Assembly: GCA_046538485.1 (NCBI GenBank)
Contig: JBKHIT010000016.1
Span: 1 to 64,000, forward strand
DNA length: 64,000 nucleotides
Direction of reading: 5' to 3'
Source of the DNA: Candidatus Brocadiia bacterium
Lineage (GTDB): Bacteria > Planctomycetota > Brocadiia > SM23-32
Part shown: positions 30,447 to 41,772 of the stretch, one piece after another
Layout: every line of letters begins with the position of its first letter
Position numbering within the stretch: the first letter of the stretch is position 1
Notes under the pieces: generated by a model
Databases searched by the model: none
The model's input: only the letters and a program-made list of their open reading frames with translations
What the model was told of the DNA's origin: nothing
Program-made: the position numbers and the translations under genes

Positions 30447-32498
30447 TCAGTCCGATTCCACCATCTCAGAGGCGGTTTGCACTACGTTTTCGACCGTGAA
30501 ACCGAAGTGCTCGAAATTATCCTTGTAGGGCGCGCTCGCCCCGAACCGATCGACCGTGATCGTTTCCCCGTCATCTCCGATCCATTCCCGCCAACCTGTC
30601 GATGCCCCCGCTTCGACCGCCAGGCGCGCGCTTACATTTGGCGGGATCACTTTGTCGCGGTAACTCTGCGGCTGTTCGCGGAAGAGCTCCCAGCTGGGGA
30701 AACTGACTACCCGGGCATCCACGCCGTTTTCACGGAGGTGCTCCTGCGCCTCAAGGATAAGTGCAACTTCGCTCCCGCTGGCCATCAGGACGAAGTCCGG
30801 TTCTTTGCCTTCTTCGGGTGAGAGCACGTAGGCGCCTTTGAAAAGCTCATCGGCCGAAGGATACTTCTCGCGATCGATCACATCCATTTTCTGCCGGGTC
30901 AGGACCATCAGCGTGGGACTGTTCTGACGGCTGACCGCACATCGCCATGCGGCAGCGGCCTCGGTGGGATCCGCGGGGCGAATCACGCAGAGGTTCGGCA
31001 TCGCCCTCAGAGACGCCAGGTGTTCCACCGGTTGGTGGGTCGGACCGTCTTCCCCGATCCCGATGGAATCGTGCGTCATGTGATAGATGACCGGCAGCTC
31101 CATCATGGCGGCGAGCCGTATGGAAGGACGGGCGTAATCCGTGAAGACAAAAAAGGTTGCCGCAAACGGTCGCACGCCGCCGTGCAGGGCCATTCCTGAG
31201 CATGCGCCGCACATAGCGTGTTCCCGCACGCCGAAAGCAACGTTACGGTTTTCGTATTGCCCGGGTTTGAAATAATCGGTGTCTTCAAGCAGCGTTTTTG
31301 TGGAAGGCGCAAGATCTGCGCTTCCACCCAACAGCCACGGAACACGCGAAGCGATTCCCCTCAGGGCATCTCCGCCGGCATTTCTGGTGGCCATCGGACC
31401 GTCTTCGGGCTTGAATTGCGGGACTTCTTCATCCCACCCCTCGGGCAGATCGCCGGAGAGACAGGCGTCGAATTGTTCGCCCAGTTCCGGGTGGCCTTCC
31501 CGGTATTTTTCAACTGCCTGGCGCCATTCCGCTTCCAATTCTTGCCCCCGCTCGACAGCCTGGCTCATGTGGGCTTTAACCTCTTCAGGGACCCAAAAGT
31601 TCTTTTCTTCCGGCCAGCCGTAGAAACCTTTCGTCAACTTGATCTCATCGTCGCCAAGGGGCGCGCCATGAGCATCCGGAGTATCCTGCATGTTCGGGGA
31701 GCCGTAACCGATGTGAGTCCGGATTACAATGATTGAGGGTTTGTCGGGTTCTCCCCGGGCTGTCTCGATCCCCTCCGAGATAGCATCGAGGTCGTTGGCT
31801 TTCTCACCCAGATCGATGACCTGCCATCCGTAGGCTTTGAAACGCGCCGGGACATCGTCGGAGTACGTAATCTCGGTCTCGCCTTCGATGCTAATGTGGT
31901 TGTCATCGTAGATCCAGATCAGTTTGCCAAGACCCAGGTGCCCGGCCAGTGAGGCGGCTTCATGGGAAGCGCCTTCCATCAGATCGCCATCGCTGCAGAA
32001 AGCGTAGGTGTAATGGCCGACGATTTCCTGTTCGGGTTGATTGAAGATGGCCGCCAGGTGTCTTTCGGCCATGGCCATTCCCACCGAATTCATTACTCCT
32101 TGACCGAGGGGACCTGTTGTGGTTTCGACACCGGGTGTCAACCCGTATTCGGGATGCCCGGGGGTTTTGCTTCCCCATTGCCGGAAGTTTTTGACTTCTT
32201 CCAGGGAGAGGTCGTACCCCGTCAGGTGCAGCATCGCGTACAGCAGCACGCTTGCGTGACCGCAGGACAGCACAAAGCGGTCGCGATTGAACCAATCCGG
32301 ATTGGCGGGGTTATGTCGCAGGAATTTGTGCCACAGCACGTATGAGACAGGTGCCAGGGCCATAGCGGTTCCGGGATGTCCGCTTTCGGCTGCCTGAACT
32401 GCGTCCATAGAGAGAGTCCGAATGGTGTTAATGGAGAGTTGAGCCAGGTCGGCCGTGTCTTTGCCTTCACTTGCTGGTGAAGCAGTTTGTTCGCTCAT
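30447..32498 (-). CDS. tkt: transketolase
   Basis: SGHPG, GDLMEG ThDP motif, [16 protein letters not shown]. Confidence 0.97.
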   Translation of the reverse strand: MSEQTASPASEGKDTADLAQLSINTIRTLSMDAVQAAESGHPGTAMALAPVSYVLWHKFLRHNPANPDWFNRDRFVLSCGHASVLLYAMLHLTGYDLSLEEVKNFRQWGSKTPGHPEYGLTPGVETTTGPLGQGVMNSVGMAMAERHLAAIFNQPEQEIVGHYTYAFCSDGDLMEGASHEAASLAGHLGLGKLIWIYDDNHISIEGETEITYSDDVPARFKAYGWQVIDLGEKANDLDAISEGIETARGEPDKPSIIVIRTHIGYGSPNMQDTPDAHGAPLGDDEIKLTKGFYGWPEEKNFWVPEEVKAHMSQAVERGQELEAEWRQAVEKYREGHPELGEQFDACLSGDLPEGWDEEVPQFKPEDGPMATRNAGGDALRGIASRVPWLLGGSADLAPSTKTLLEDTDYFKPGQYENRNVAFGVREHAMCGACSGMALHGGVRPFAATFFVFTDYARPSIRLAAMMELPVIYHMTHDSIGIGEDGPTHQPVEHLASLRAMPNLCVIRPADPTEAAAAWRCAVSRQNSPTLMVLTRQKMDVIDREKYPSADELFKGAYVLSPEEGKEPDFVLMASGSEVALILEAQEHLRENGVDARVVSFPSWELFREQPQSYRDKVIPPNVSARLAVEAGASTGWREWIGDDGETITVDRFGASAPYKDNFEHFGFTVENVVQTASEMVESD

Positions 32499-32809
32499 TT
32501 TTGATCCTGTCAGCAGAAGTATCCGTTAAATTCTTATTGAATCCAGACATGTTTTGGGGTTTTGGGGTCCACAAGTCACCACCGGGAGCGAATATTGTAG
32601 TCGTTTGATCGGTTTTCTTCCAGCGAAACAGCCTTTGAGGAATTTGCGTCATAACCTGACGATTGCCGGGCAAGCCGTGCGTGAGGCGGACAAGCCTGGC
32701 AGAGCAAGCCGGGATTTATGGCATAGGAGATCGCTGGTTCTGCACACACGGCTTTCCGAGGGAAGAGAAGGTTTTTGCTGGAAGGAAAAAAGACCGGTTG
32801 TCGCTTCAG

Positions 32810-34252
32810 TCACTCGTAATCCCGGTAAATGTTGCGCAGGGCCATGCCGTAGAGCATACCTCGATAGCCGAAACGGAAGAAATCTCCTACCGGAACCCGG
32901 ACTTTGTTCAGCCGCCAGGGATTCACGCGCAGACCAAATAGGTACAGAAGCGAAAACTGACTGTAGAAGTCTTTCAGCGGGAGTTCCGGTTCCACCAGCG
33001 TGTGCATGCAGTCGTAGAACGAATACGGATCCTCGCAGATGAATTCGTCGCAGGTCTCCTCCCAGAGCGGCGTCCCCGGCGGCGGCGAGAAAACGGTGAA
33101 TGTAACTTCGGCAGGGGCGATGTCATAGACCGTCTGGCGGGTTCTCACAAAATCTTCGGTGGAAAAATCGGGACGAACCATGAGGGCGGCGTGGAGCCCG
33201 ATCCCGAGACCCCGCAGAATCTGCACGGCCCGGCGATTGGTGCCGGGATCGATGCCCTTTTCGTAATCCTCCAGATCCGATTCCGCCATCGATTCGAGTC
33301 CGACATACAGCAACGAAAGCCCCGCCTCTTTCCAGCGGGCAAACAGCTCAGGATGACGGCAGATGGTGTCGGCCCGCGCCCAGCTGATGTATTTTTTGTT
33401 GACCTGCCTTTCGATCAACAAATCCGCGATCCGCTCGCAGCGTTTGGCGTTGATAAACATCTCATCGTCGACAAAGTAGATGTGGTCTTCCGGAACAGAT
33501 TCGATCTGGTCGACGGCGTCCTCGGGCGAACGCGGGTAGTATTTCCCGTGAGCGAGATACGGCACGACGCAGAAACGGCAGTGGTGCGGACAGCCGACGC
33601 TTGTGCGGAGGGCGGCGGTTTGTGGGAATAAAGTCGGCAGAATTTCGCGTTTTTCCCCGTGCCAGACGCAGAAATAATTTGACCGTTCCACGAGATCGCG
33701 ACGGGGATCGGGAACATCTTCCCAGGGAGGCAGTTCCGGCGGCATTTTGGCGGCCAGTTCATCGAAACCATCGGATTCCGTCGGGAGAAACACATCCTCT
33801 TCCGGCAATCCCTGGCCGGAATCAAGTGCCTGGACGAGCCGGGAAATGACCGAACCGCCCTCCCCCCGCACCACGAGATCGATCGTGCCGGGCAACTTGA
33901 AATCCTGCGGGACCATCGTCGCATGGCACCCGCCCACGATGATTGTAACTTCGCGCAGGGCCTTTTTGGCGCGGGTGGCGAGATCTTTGACCGTTTTTGC
34001 CTGGTTTGAATAGGCGGTGAACCCGATCACATCCGGCCGGAACCCCCGGATGGCCGCATTGAAAGCCGCCTGGGGATCGGACTCCGATGCCAGATCGAGA
34101 ATGCGCACCTCGTGAGCGCGGGATATACCCCCGGCCACGATCTCCAGAGAAAGCGGTTCCAGGTGAAGAAACCCACGGAGTCGCTGAGCCACTTTCAGGA
34201 CAATATGGGGCCGGACAAGCAAAATTTTCACGACGATATCTCGATGAGTCAA
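32810..34252 (-). CDS. B12-binding radical SAM protein (HpnR-like)
   Basis: N-terminal cobalamin-binding domain (EPLSLEIVAG, VGGCHAT, VVRGEG) plus CPHHCRFC. Confidence 0.88.
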   Translation of the reverse strand: MTHRDIVVKILLVRPHIVLKVAQRLRGFLHLEPLSLEIVAGGISRAHEVRILDLASESDPQAAFNAAIRGFRPDVIGFTAYSNQAKTVKDLATRAKKALREVTIIVGGCHATMVPQDFKLPGTIDLVVRGEGGSVISRLVQALDSGQGLPEEDVFLPTESDGFDELAAKMPPELPPWEDVPDPRRDLVERSNYFCVWHGEKREILPTLFPQTAALRTSVGCPHHCRFCVVPYLAHGKYYPRSPEDAVDQIESVPEDHIYFVDDEMFINAKRCERIADLLIERQVNKKYISWARADTICRHPELFARWKEAGLSLLYVGLESMAESDLEDYEKGIDPGTNRRAVQILRGLGIGLHAALMVRPDFSTEDFVRTRQTVYDIAPAEVTFTVFSPPPGTPLWEETCDEFICEDPYSFYDCMHTLVEPELPLKDFYSQFSLLYLFGLRVNPWRLNKVRVPVGDFFRFGYRGMLYGMALRNIYRDYE

Positions 34253-34325
34253 TGGGGTGGTATCAGGACAGCGACACTGAAATTATGATAGCACAGACGA
34301 TCAAATCTGTCACAGCGGTTGGCAG

Positions 34326-35105
34326 GATGAATTCGGGCCGATAACGGACGAGGAACTGGATCACCTTGATGCCGAAACCGCGGCGGCGGAGAAAACCGGT
34401 TGCGGTGTGATCGCCAATTTCGGCGGCACGGGTTTCGGAGATATCGCGCTCGTGCCGGGTCCGTTCCTGAAACACCCCAGGGGAATCCGCGATATCGCCG
34501 AGTGGTATATGTCCACCGCTATGCGCAGAGATTACATTAAGAGCGTTTTCAACAAGCAGCGCGAGTATGCGCTGGAGAATCTCGAATGTATCGAACCGAT
34601 CGTCGGGGACCGCATCGATGCCGTTTTTATCTGTGGAACTGATTTTGGCACCCAGGACAGCCAGTTTTGTTCCCCGGAGACGTTCGACGAACTCTGGCTC
34701 CCGCAGTACAAAGCGATAAACGACTGGATTCACGAGCACACAGAGTGGAAGACATTTAAACATTGCTGCGGGGCGGCCGAACGGCTTATGAGCCATTTTA
34801 TCGAAGCCGGATTCGACATCATAAACCCCGTCCAGTGTTCGGCGGCCGGGATGGATCCTTCCCATCTGAAATCATCATACGGTGGCCGGTTGGTATTCTG
34901 GGGCGGAGGAGTCGACACGCAGAAAACGCTTCCGTTCGGCAGCCCCGAAGAGGTGCGCGAGCAGGTTCTGCGCCGATGTGAGATATTCGCGCCCGGAGGC
35001 GGATTCGTGTTCAATTCCATCCATAACGTCGTGCCGAATACTCCCGTGGAAAACGCCGTCGCAATGATCGATGCCGTGCACGAGTTCAACGGTTATTCTG
35101 TTTGA
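34326..35105 (+). pseudogene. N-terminally truncated URO-D-like methyltransferase-family gene
   Basis: Family-like sequence from DEFGPITDEEL through CGTDFGTQ, FWGGGVDTQ and GGGFVFNSIHN; in-frame stop at 34278 with no good start for a full-length protein. Confidence 0.7.
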
Positions 35106-35318
35106 CAGGGCTGACCGAAAAAGGCAGATTTCAGCATGGGTTCAGCTTGATGGGGAGTTTGGTTTTTGGGCTAAGAGGGACTGAACCCGATCGGGCCGGG
35201 AGAGTATGAACGAATCTTCGGTATGCGAAGGGAAACGGCTGATCCGGGGTTCATAGGCTTGTGGATTGCAGGGACATGTGGATTTAAAAACCCTCTGCGG
35301 GACAGAAAGGAGAACGAC

Positions 35319-36011
35319 ATGAGCAGAAACGGCTTGAGAATGGTGCTGGTGATGGTTTTTATGGGGATGCTCCTGACGGCGATTTCCTACGGGCAGCGCA
35401 GTCCATCGCCGCCCCGGACGGCCCGGCTGGCGGCCCTCGGGATTGCGCGGGCAAATATTGTGGTGCCGGGTAAGTTCCAGATTGCCAGCTCGCTCCCCCG
35501 TGAAGAGACCGTCAGGGGAAATGATCTCGCGGCGGAAGAATCCGGTGATGAGGACGCATCGGAAGACGATGGCAAAACATATACTTTTCCTGAGGACTGG
35601 AAAGAGTTTGTCGCTGACCAATGGAAAGATGTTTTCGCGCCCCTGGGGATCGTCGGGGGTGTAATGATCCTTGTTGTTGCCGCATTCGCTTTCGTTTTCT
35701 GGCTTATGCACGCATTTTTTCTCGTCTGGGGTGCGAAGAAAGCCGGCATTCGAGAGCGGACACTGACGGGCGCTATGCTCATAACAATAGTGAGCGGAGC
35801 AATATCGTTCGTTTTCAAATTACTTCTCAGCATAGCCATTCCTGCCCACGCCGCAATTGTAGCTTCCCTGGCTGGTTTTTTGATAACGGCCGCAGTAATG
35901 ACGGTTGTTTTCAAGACAACTTTCTCAAAAGCGCTTTGGGCTACAGTGCTGGCGTGGGTTCTTCAAATCGTCGTTGTGCTGCTTCTGGTAGTGCTTTTAG
36001 TCGGCTGCTGA
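35319..36011 (+). CDS. hypothetical integral membrane protein
   Basis: Signal-like N-terminus plus four TM segments; AAGGAG RBS. Confidence 0.7.
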   Translation: MSRNGLRMVLVMVFMGMLLTAISYGQRSPSPPRTARLAALGIARANIVVPGKFQIASSLPREETVRGNDLAAEESGDEDASEDDGKTYTFPEDWKEFVADQWKDVFAPLGIVGGVMILVVAAFAFVFWLMHAFFLVWGAKKAGIRERTLTGAMLITIVSGAISFVFKLLLSIAIPAHAAIVASLAGFLITAAVMTVVFKTTFSKALWATVLAWVLQIVVVLLLVVLLVGC

Positions 36012-36288
36012 GGTGCGCCGGTTGCATGTTTCTCCGAAAGAAGAAGCTTCCTCCCAGGACACCCAGGCCTGCCCGGATGGAAGGGTGAAACGGCGAGTTT
36101 TTGGTCGATTGACTATTCGCAGAAACCCGAGGACAGGGTGCTATTTGCGTTGAGCAGAAGTAATTGTACAGGCGGTATTTAGAGATGGGTAGAAAAAGTT
36201 TTTACCCCATAATCCGGCTTTGAAAGCCACTGAGGACTACGTTTGGCCTGAAGCTCCAGTTTTTCACCCCACCGGTTTCAGGCTCTGT

Positions 36289-36784
36289 CTGGTGTTGGTC
36301 CGCCTCAAGTCCAGTTTCGCCCGTTGGTGGCGGGCTCAGCTGAACTCGAGTCTGCATTTCCGGTGAGCGGACTGGATTTCAGCACCGCCACGCGGGGCTG
36401 GAGTTCAGAACGCGGTCCGACGACCGAATTCTCACACAAAGCCTGGTGTTGCCCGCCTCAAGTCCAGTTTCGCCCGCTGGTGGCGGGCTCAGCTGAACTC
36501 GAGTCTACAATTCCGGTGAGCGGACTGGATTTCAGCACCGCCACGCGGGGCTGGAGTTCAGAACGCGGTCGAGAAACCTGCTGGGCTCGCGCAGAAACGA
36601 CAAACGGCAGGTCCGGCTCGGCGATCCGGACCTACAGCTCTCGGGCATTTTCCGAAAGTGCGGCCGTTCTTTTCACGAAATATACCCCGCCTCACGTATC
36701 CCTGAACAACGAAAACCTGAAGCCATCTATCCGGGCCTGACGGCCCGGTCCACAAGCTGGAGAGCCTGTGCTACATGCGTTTGT
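36289..36784. repeat. composite repeat cluster B with a 153-bp-period tandem duplication
   Basis: 36289-36417 repeated at 36443-36570; palindrome at 36609-36635; 36756-36784 is the exact reverse complement of 29591-29619. Confidence 0.85.
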
Positions 36785-36858
36785 GGTTTCCGACCCCTGC
36801 GGCCTTGTCCCGCGGGTGAGAAAGATTAGTTGGCTAGAAACCGCCCGATATCGACGAG

Positions 36859-37451
36859 ATGTTCCACGGCCTGGTAGAGGCCTTGAGGGAAGAGCTACCC
36901 GATTTCGGACAGCACCTGGCGGCCGATTCCAAGGGCATCCAGAGCCACGGGCGGCCCAGGGGCAAAGAGGCCCACCAGAATCTGGCTCAGAAGGCACTGG
37001 AGGAAGGTCCTGACCGGCGCCGGGACCTGGATGCTGATTTCGGGGTGAAGACCTACAAAGGCAAAAGGGAGGATGGCACGAAGTGGAAAAGCGTGGTCAA
37101 GTGGTTTGGTTATAAGTTGCACCTGATAATGATGCTTGCGATGGCGCTGGGGCGGGTGAGGCAAAACAGCAGCAAAGGCGCCGGCGGGGAGGACAGGACG
37201 GCGCCAACAATAAGAAGTCTGGTAGGGGCCACTTAGACCGCTCGCAACGGCGCCGCCAAAAAGTAGCCGAAATAGTGCTTCTCTGCGGGAAAGGTGCGTA
37301 AGAGAACGGCAGAGTTTCGGCACTAAACTGCTATTGCCGATTTCCGAAGGAAACCTGAGAAATTTGCGCTCCGTCCGACGGCAGAGTCAGCCGGGATTCT
37401 CGGGGGATGTCCGGCTGCCGGCCCCCGAAAACACCTACAGCGCAAATTCCT
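36859..37451 (+). mobile_element. internally deleted IS remnant (DDE transposase, IS4/IS5/IS1182-like) with probable right end
   Basis: LAADSK, RRDLDADFGVKTY, WFGYKLHLI joined directly to the C-terminal MLAMALGR; end motif CGCAAATTCCT at 37441-37451. Confidence 0.75.
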
Positions 37452-37504
37452 TCATGGGACTTTCCTTGCAATAAGGAACCTATGGGGTATAGTTCCTTAT
37501 AAAA

Positions 37505-37777
37505 AGGGAGCGAGAGACGTTCTACTTCGCCGACGCAAACTCAGAGTGCGATTTTGTGTCAACATGGGGTGGCAGACAGCATCTCATCCAGGTGTGTTAT
37601 GAATTGCCCCCCGATAACCGGGAGCGCGAACTTGACGGGATTGTAACCGCTGCCAGACGCCTCGGCCTGCAAGAAGGGCGAATCCTTACCCACCAACAGG
37701 CGGAAACGCTTGTTTTCGACGAGATCACGGTGCATATCACACCTGTTTTCAGGTGGGCGCTACAGCGAGAACAGTAG
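37505..37777 (+). pseudogene. C-terminal remnant of an AAA+ ATPase (DUF4143-type)
   Basis: FYFADANSECDFV...LIQVCYEL...RELDGI...ILT...PVFRW; no N-terminal ATPase part. Confidence 0.65.
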
Positions 37778-38018
37778 CCCCGACTGCAGGAATTGATACG
37801 GTCCTTCGGAATGCGGCTCATTCAATAATCCGTAGGTGTTTTGGGTGTCCGCATCCCTGAACGCCAGCGGGGCAGCCAAGGAGTGCAAGGGTTGCTCTGC
37901 CGTTCTCCAGCGAGCGCATTCGGGCACAGCGTGTGGGTTGCAGCTCAGCCGGGGCTGTCGTAATATGGGAACCGTTTGTCTCAGAGGCGAAACCGGATAT
38001 GAAATCGAGGAGTTACAG

Positions 38019-39197
38019 ATGTCCGAGAAGTGCCAGATCCCCCGTTGTATTCAGAAAATCTTCGCAGCCAGCCACTGCAATATCGCGTATATCGGCGGTT
38101 CACTGACGGTCGGTGTGGGAGCAAGCGACGTCTCCCGGACATCCTGGCGGACGCTGTTCACTCAGTACGTCTACGAGACCTACCATCCGAAATACCACTG
38201 TCAGGTCAGTGAGGTGATGGGGGCGATCGGGGCGAGTGAGTCCTACGCCGCCGCTTTTATGTTGCCGCGCAACGTCACTCCCCATAACCCGGATCTGGCT
38301 TTTATCGAGTTTTGTGTCAATGACAAAACCGCTCCCGATAAAGATCTTGTGATCAAAGGGATGGAAGGGATTGTCCGCAAACTGCTAACCGCCGACAACT
38401 CCTGTGACGTCATTATCCTCGGCACGGGAGCCCGACCGGGCGCGGATCCAAAACACCCCGACGGGAAGATCGACCAGTCTCTCCACCGGCAGGTGGCCGA
38501 GCATTACGATGTGCCTTTTGTGGATATGCAATCTTATATCCTGGAGACACTTGAGGAGCGGGGCGAGAGCTGGGAGGATATCGCCCTGGAATTCGAAGAG
38601 AACGATCCTTACCATTTGAATGATTATGGCCAGCAGCTTTCTTTTGAGGCCATGCGGGATTGTTTTGAAGAACAGGTCCGTCGGTATCAGCAGGGCGATA
38701 AAGTCGATCGCAGTGCGCCGTTGCCGGATCCCATCGTCTCGGATGAACTCCAGCACATCGAGCTCTACGACCCCTCGAAGAAGAAAAGCGGGGTGAAGCT
38801 GGAAGGCAACTGGGACCAGAAAGCCGACGAGCTTGTTCCCTGGTATTTCGACAATCTGCTGGTCGGCGCGCCGGGAGCGAAGATGGAATTTACTTTTGAA
38901 GGAACCGCGGTCGCCGTCTGGGGACTGATGTATAACAACGGCCTGAAGGTGAAGGCCAAAATCGACGGGGAGAAGACTCCGGGACCATACCTGCGGCATT
39001 TCATCGAGTTCGGCAAAGGCGCGGTGCTGGCCCATGGCATGGAGAACACCGAACACAAGCTTGAACTGGTGGTATCCGAGCCGAGCAAACGCCACAACAA
39101 ACTGGATAACCCGAGCGCACAGATCGCCTACATTGCCGTGGCGTGTCCGCCTTCCGGCGATGAGTCCACGAAAGAGAAGGCCGAGGAAGGGACTTAA
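38019..39197 (+). CDS. SGNH/GDSL hydrolase family protein
   Basis: IAYIGGSLTVG, PDLAFIEFCVND, DPYHLNDYG; GAGGAG RBS. Confidence 0.85.
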   Translation: MSEKCQIPRCIQKIFAASHCNIAYIGGSLTVGVGASDVSRTSWRTLFTQYVYETYHPKYHCQVSEVMGAIGASESYAAAFMLPRNVTPHNPDLAFIEFCVNDKTAPDKDLVIKGMEGIVRKLLTADNSCDVIILGTGARPGADPKHPDGKIDQSLHRQVAEHYDVPFVDMQSYILETLEERGESWEDIALEFEENDPYHLNDYGQQLSFEAMRDCFEEQVRRYQQGDKVDRSAPLPDPIVSDELQHIELYDPSKKKSGVKLEGNWDQKADELVPWYFDNLLVGAPGAKMEFTFEGTAVAVWGLMYNNGLKVKAKIDGEKTPGPYLRHFIEFGKGAVLAHGMENTEHKLELVVSEPSKRHNKLDNPSAQIAYIAVACPPSGDESTKEKAEEGT

Positions 39198-39202
39198 GAT
39201 CA

Positions 39203-39649
39203 ATGTCCGAGTTTCTGCTCAGTCTGGGAGTTTTTTTCGGCTGGTTTTTGGCATGGGCATTTTCGGCGTTTGTTTTTACCGGATTTACGGTTTTCGTCGC
39301 TTCAATCCTGGAACACTACCTGGTTTTGAGTGAAGATCAGACCTTTCCCCTGTGGGTTTTTGCCCTGTCGGTTTCGCCTGCAGCAGCTTTTCTTGAGAGC
39401 TGGACGCTCTGGCCCGTTATAATTTCGTCGGACTATTTTCCTGCGATACGGTACGGTTCGGTAGCGGCCGGGGTTATATTTGCGCTCGTTGCAATCCTCG
39501 TTGTTTTTAAAACCGAGGAAGAAAAAGATAAATCGGGAGAACTGACGACTCTGGTGGGTTTGCTGCTGGCGGACGGGTTATGTTGTGTTCAGCTTGTGTT
39601 CTTCTTCCAGCCCATTCTGAACTACATGCTGGATCTCAATGTCGCGTAA
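39203..39649 (+). CDS. hypothetical membrane protein
   Basis: About four hydrophobic segments; starts 5 bp after the SGNH gene. Confidence 0.6.
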   Translation: MSEFLLSLGVFFGWFLAWAFSAFVFTGFTVFVASILEHYLVLSEDQTFPLWVFALSVSPAAAFLESWTLWPVIISSDYFPAIRYGSVAAGVIFALVAILVVFKTEEEKDKSGELTTLVGLLLADGLCCVQLVFFFQPILNYMLDLNVA

Positions 39650-40072
39650 GAACCGGACAGATTCTGGCAGCCGGGGGACCTGCTATGGTCAAACTGTGTT
39701 TTCGCACGCGGGGTAAGCTGGAAGGATCCGTCGGGGTGCGGTATAGGGTATTTTCCGCCGGTAATTTTTCGGCAGCGGACGTGCTTACCCGCCCGCTGTT
39801 GTGATAGATCCAACATGGCGTCTCACGGTCATTGCCATGGATGCCTGGTACCCCGGTCCGGTGCAGGGCAAAGCCCTGGCGAATGCGGCGGTGAAAGATC
39901 TGGGGACGACCTACGCATTTGCGTCTTCATATCTGGCGGAGGGTATTACGGCGGAGATTGCATCACAGGCTTTGAAACGCGCGATCAAACAATGGAGCGC
40001 CAATGCGACAAAGAACCACGCTGTTTTCATTCCTCCGGATTGAATCAGTCCTGGCAGGATGCCCGACGCTTT

Positions 40073-41377
40073 TTAATCCCAGATATTGGCATCCCGCTGC
40101 TCCGATTCATCGGACCAGCCGACCACAATAGCGGCTGGCTTTTGCCAGCTATCGGGCTCGACTGTTTTTGTGATGAGGCCGGCGAGATTGCTGATCCGCT
40201 CTGAGGGAGTTCGGGTTCGTTCGGAGTGTCGGTCCTCTTCCGAGTCGTCATCATCATTCCAGCTACCCCCTCCCCAGAGTTCGTTCGAGCCCATATCGTC
40301 GTCATCTTCGTCCGACTGATCGAGGATTGAGGTATTGCCCGGAGCCCAGTGATCCCGGATTTCCGGAACGTTTCCCACGACGTTATAGCCGTGGCTTTTA
40401 CGGACTTTCGATGATTTTGCACGCTGGATACGCACGACGGTTCCCTGTATTTGCCATCCCAGACCGCGGTTATCGAGAAGGAGATCGAGGATTTGCCGGA
40501 CTGACACATTTTTCACTTTGAGGGTGACGGGTCGGGCCTTTGTTTCGAGGTCGGAACTGCGATACGCGAAATTCAAACCGGTTATTTCTTTGATAAATTG
40601 GAGAGCTTCGGGCAACGGAGTTTCATCAAAATCCACTGAAATACGTCTGTTGAGCTGTTTAGCAACTTTGCTTGGGACTATTTCCCGCTCTTCCACGACG
40701 ATAACTCGCGGGCCTCTTCGGACTTCGGGATATTCCTTCTTGGAGACAGTCTTCTCCCGCACGCCGAGAAGTATAAATTTCCCAACAATTTTTGATCCGC
40801 CTTCTTGAGTTTGCGCCATACGAGCCAGTAACTCGCGCACGCTTCCTTTTACAGTCCCGGGTTTCAGAACGCGTGCGGATTTATCGGCTTGCGGGTGGAT
40901 GACGAAAGTGCCTTCCGTCGCTTCTTCAAGGGCTTTTTCAATTTCCTTGAGAGTCCCCTTTTTCAGTTTCAGCTCGACTTTTTTTGTTAGAAGTTCGACC
41001 ATTTCATCGGAGACGGTATGGTTCTTTGGATCCCTCTTTTTGCCCTCAACGCGCCGAAGAAAATCGGGCAAATCCCGGCTTGTGGCGGGCGGAGTGTAGG
41101 AACGGATCCGGACACCACCCTCTTCCTCTGAGTCAGAAACGACGGCCTTTTTTTGTCTTACAACGCCGGGTTTGGATGAACTCAAGATGCGGCGCACCCT
41201 TGACATGGATATCGTCAGATCGCCATTTTCCGTGCGGACACGCAATTCGTCGCCATTTCTTACGGCTTCCCCCTGGATCTTCGCGCCACTCTTGAGGATG
41301 ATTTCATCGCCGTTCGCCGCAAGCGCCAGATATATACCTGCAATCAAGATGCTCAGCACTGTTAATATTAACCGCAT
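40073..41377 (-). CDS. exported STN/secretin-N-domain protein lacking a secretin barrel
   Basis: Signal peptide; ISVDFDETPLPEALQFI...PVTLKVKNVSVRQILDLLL; LITKTVEPDSW. Confidence 0.75.
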   Translation of the reverse strand: MRLILTVLSILIAGIYLALAANGDEIILKSGAKIQGEAVRNGDELRVRTENGDLTISMSRVRRILSSSKPGVVRQKKAVVSDSEEEGGVRIRSYTPPATSRDLPDFLRRVEGKKRDPKNHTVSDEMVELLTKKVELKLKKGTLKEIEKALEEATEGTFVIHPQADKSARVLKPGTVKGSVRELLARMAQTQEGGSKIVGKFILLGVREKTVSKKEYPEVRRGPRVIVVEEREIVPSKVAKQLNRRISVDFDETPLPEALQFIKEITGLNFAYRSSDLETKARPVTLKVKNVSVRQILDLLLDNRGLGWQIQGTVVRIQRAKSSKVRKSHGYNVVGNVPEIRDHWAPGNTSILDQSDEDDDDMGSNELWGGGSWNDDDDSEEDRHSERTRTPSERISNLAGLITKTVEPDSWQKPAAIVVGWSDESEQRDANIWD

Positions 41378-41482
41378 GATTGCTCACTTTCGTTGAATAT
41401 TTTCCCCGTTGCCTCTGATTTATTATACAGCCGATCGGCGCCTGCTCCAACATTAATTTTGCTGAGCGAGCGTTGCTGAATA

Positions 41483-41745
41483 TTAGTTTTCTTCTACCGT
41501 CGTCTCGTATTTGACGCCTTCCGGCACCGGGACGGGCACAGCCACGGTCGTGCCGTGATCGCCGGCGGTCTGGCTCAAGCTGTCGACCGCTACGAATGAT
41601 GTATACTGCGACATCAGTCCATAATTGAGCGCAACGTTTTTGATCAGGGTGGGCAGTTCCGGATCGCTGTCGTAGGTTGCCTGATCGTAGAGATCTGCTA
41701 TTTGGGCCCGCGCCCAGACCCCCGCCAACCCCCGGTGTGTCGCCT
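41483..41745 (-). pseudogene. C-terminal remnant of a VIT/vWA-domain protein
   Basis: VWARAQIADL...ALNYGLMSQYTSFVAVD...VPVPVPEGV; upstream sequence replaced by repeat DNA. Confidence 0.7.
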
Positions 41746-41772
41746 CTCAGTTGGGCTGGAGCATGCAGAGCC

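Noticed and set aside
36289..36570. CRISPR array
   Set aside because: Only two ~130-bp units, far longer than CRISPR repeats; no cas genes.
36324..36740. 138-aa ORF with an internal repeat (and similar ORFs at 29169-29717)
   Set aside because: It is a translation of the non-coding repeat family; the frame is not preserved between copies.
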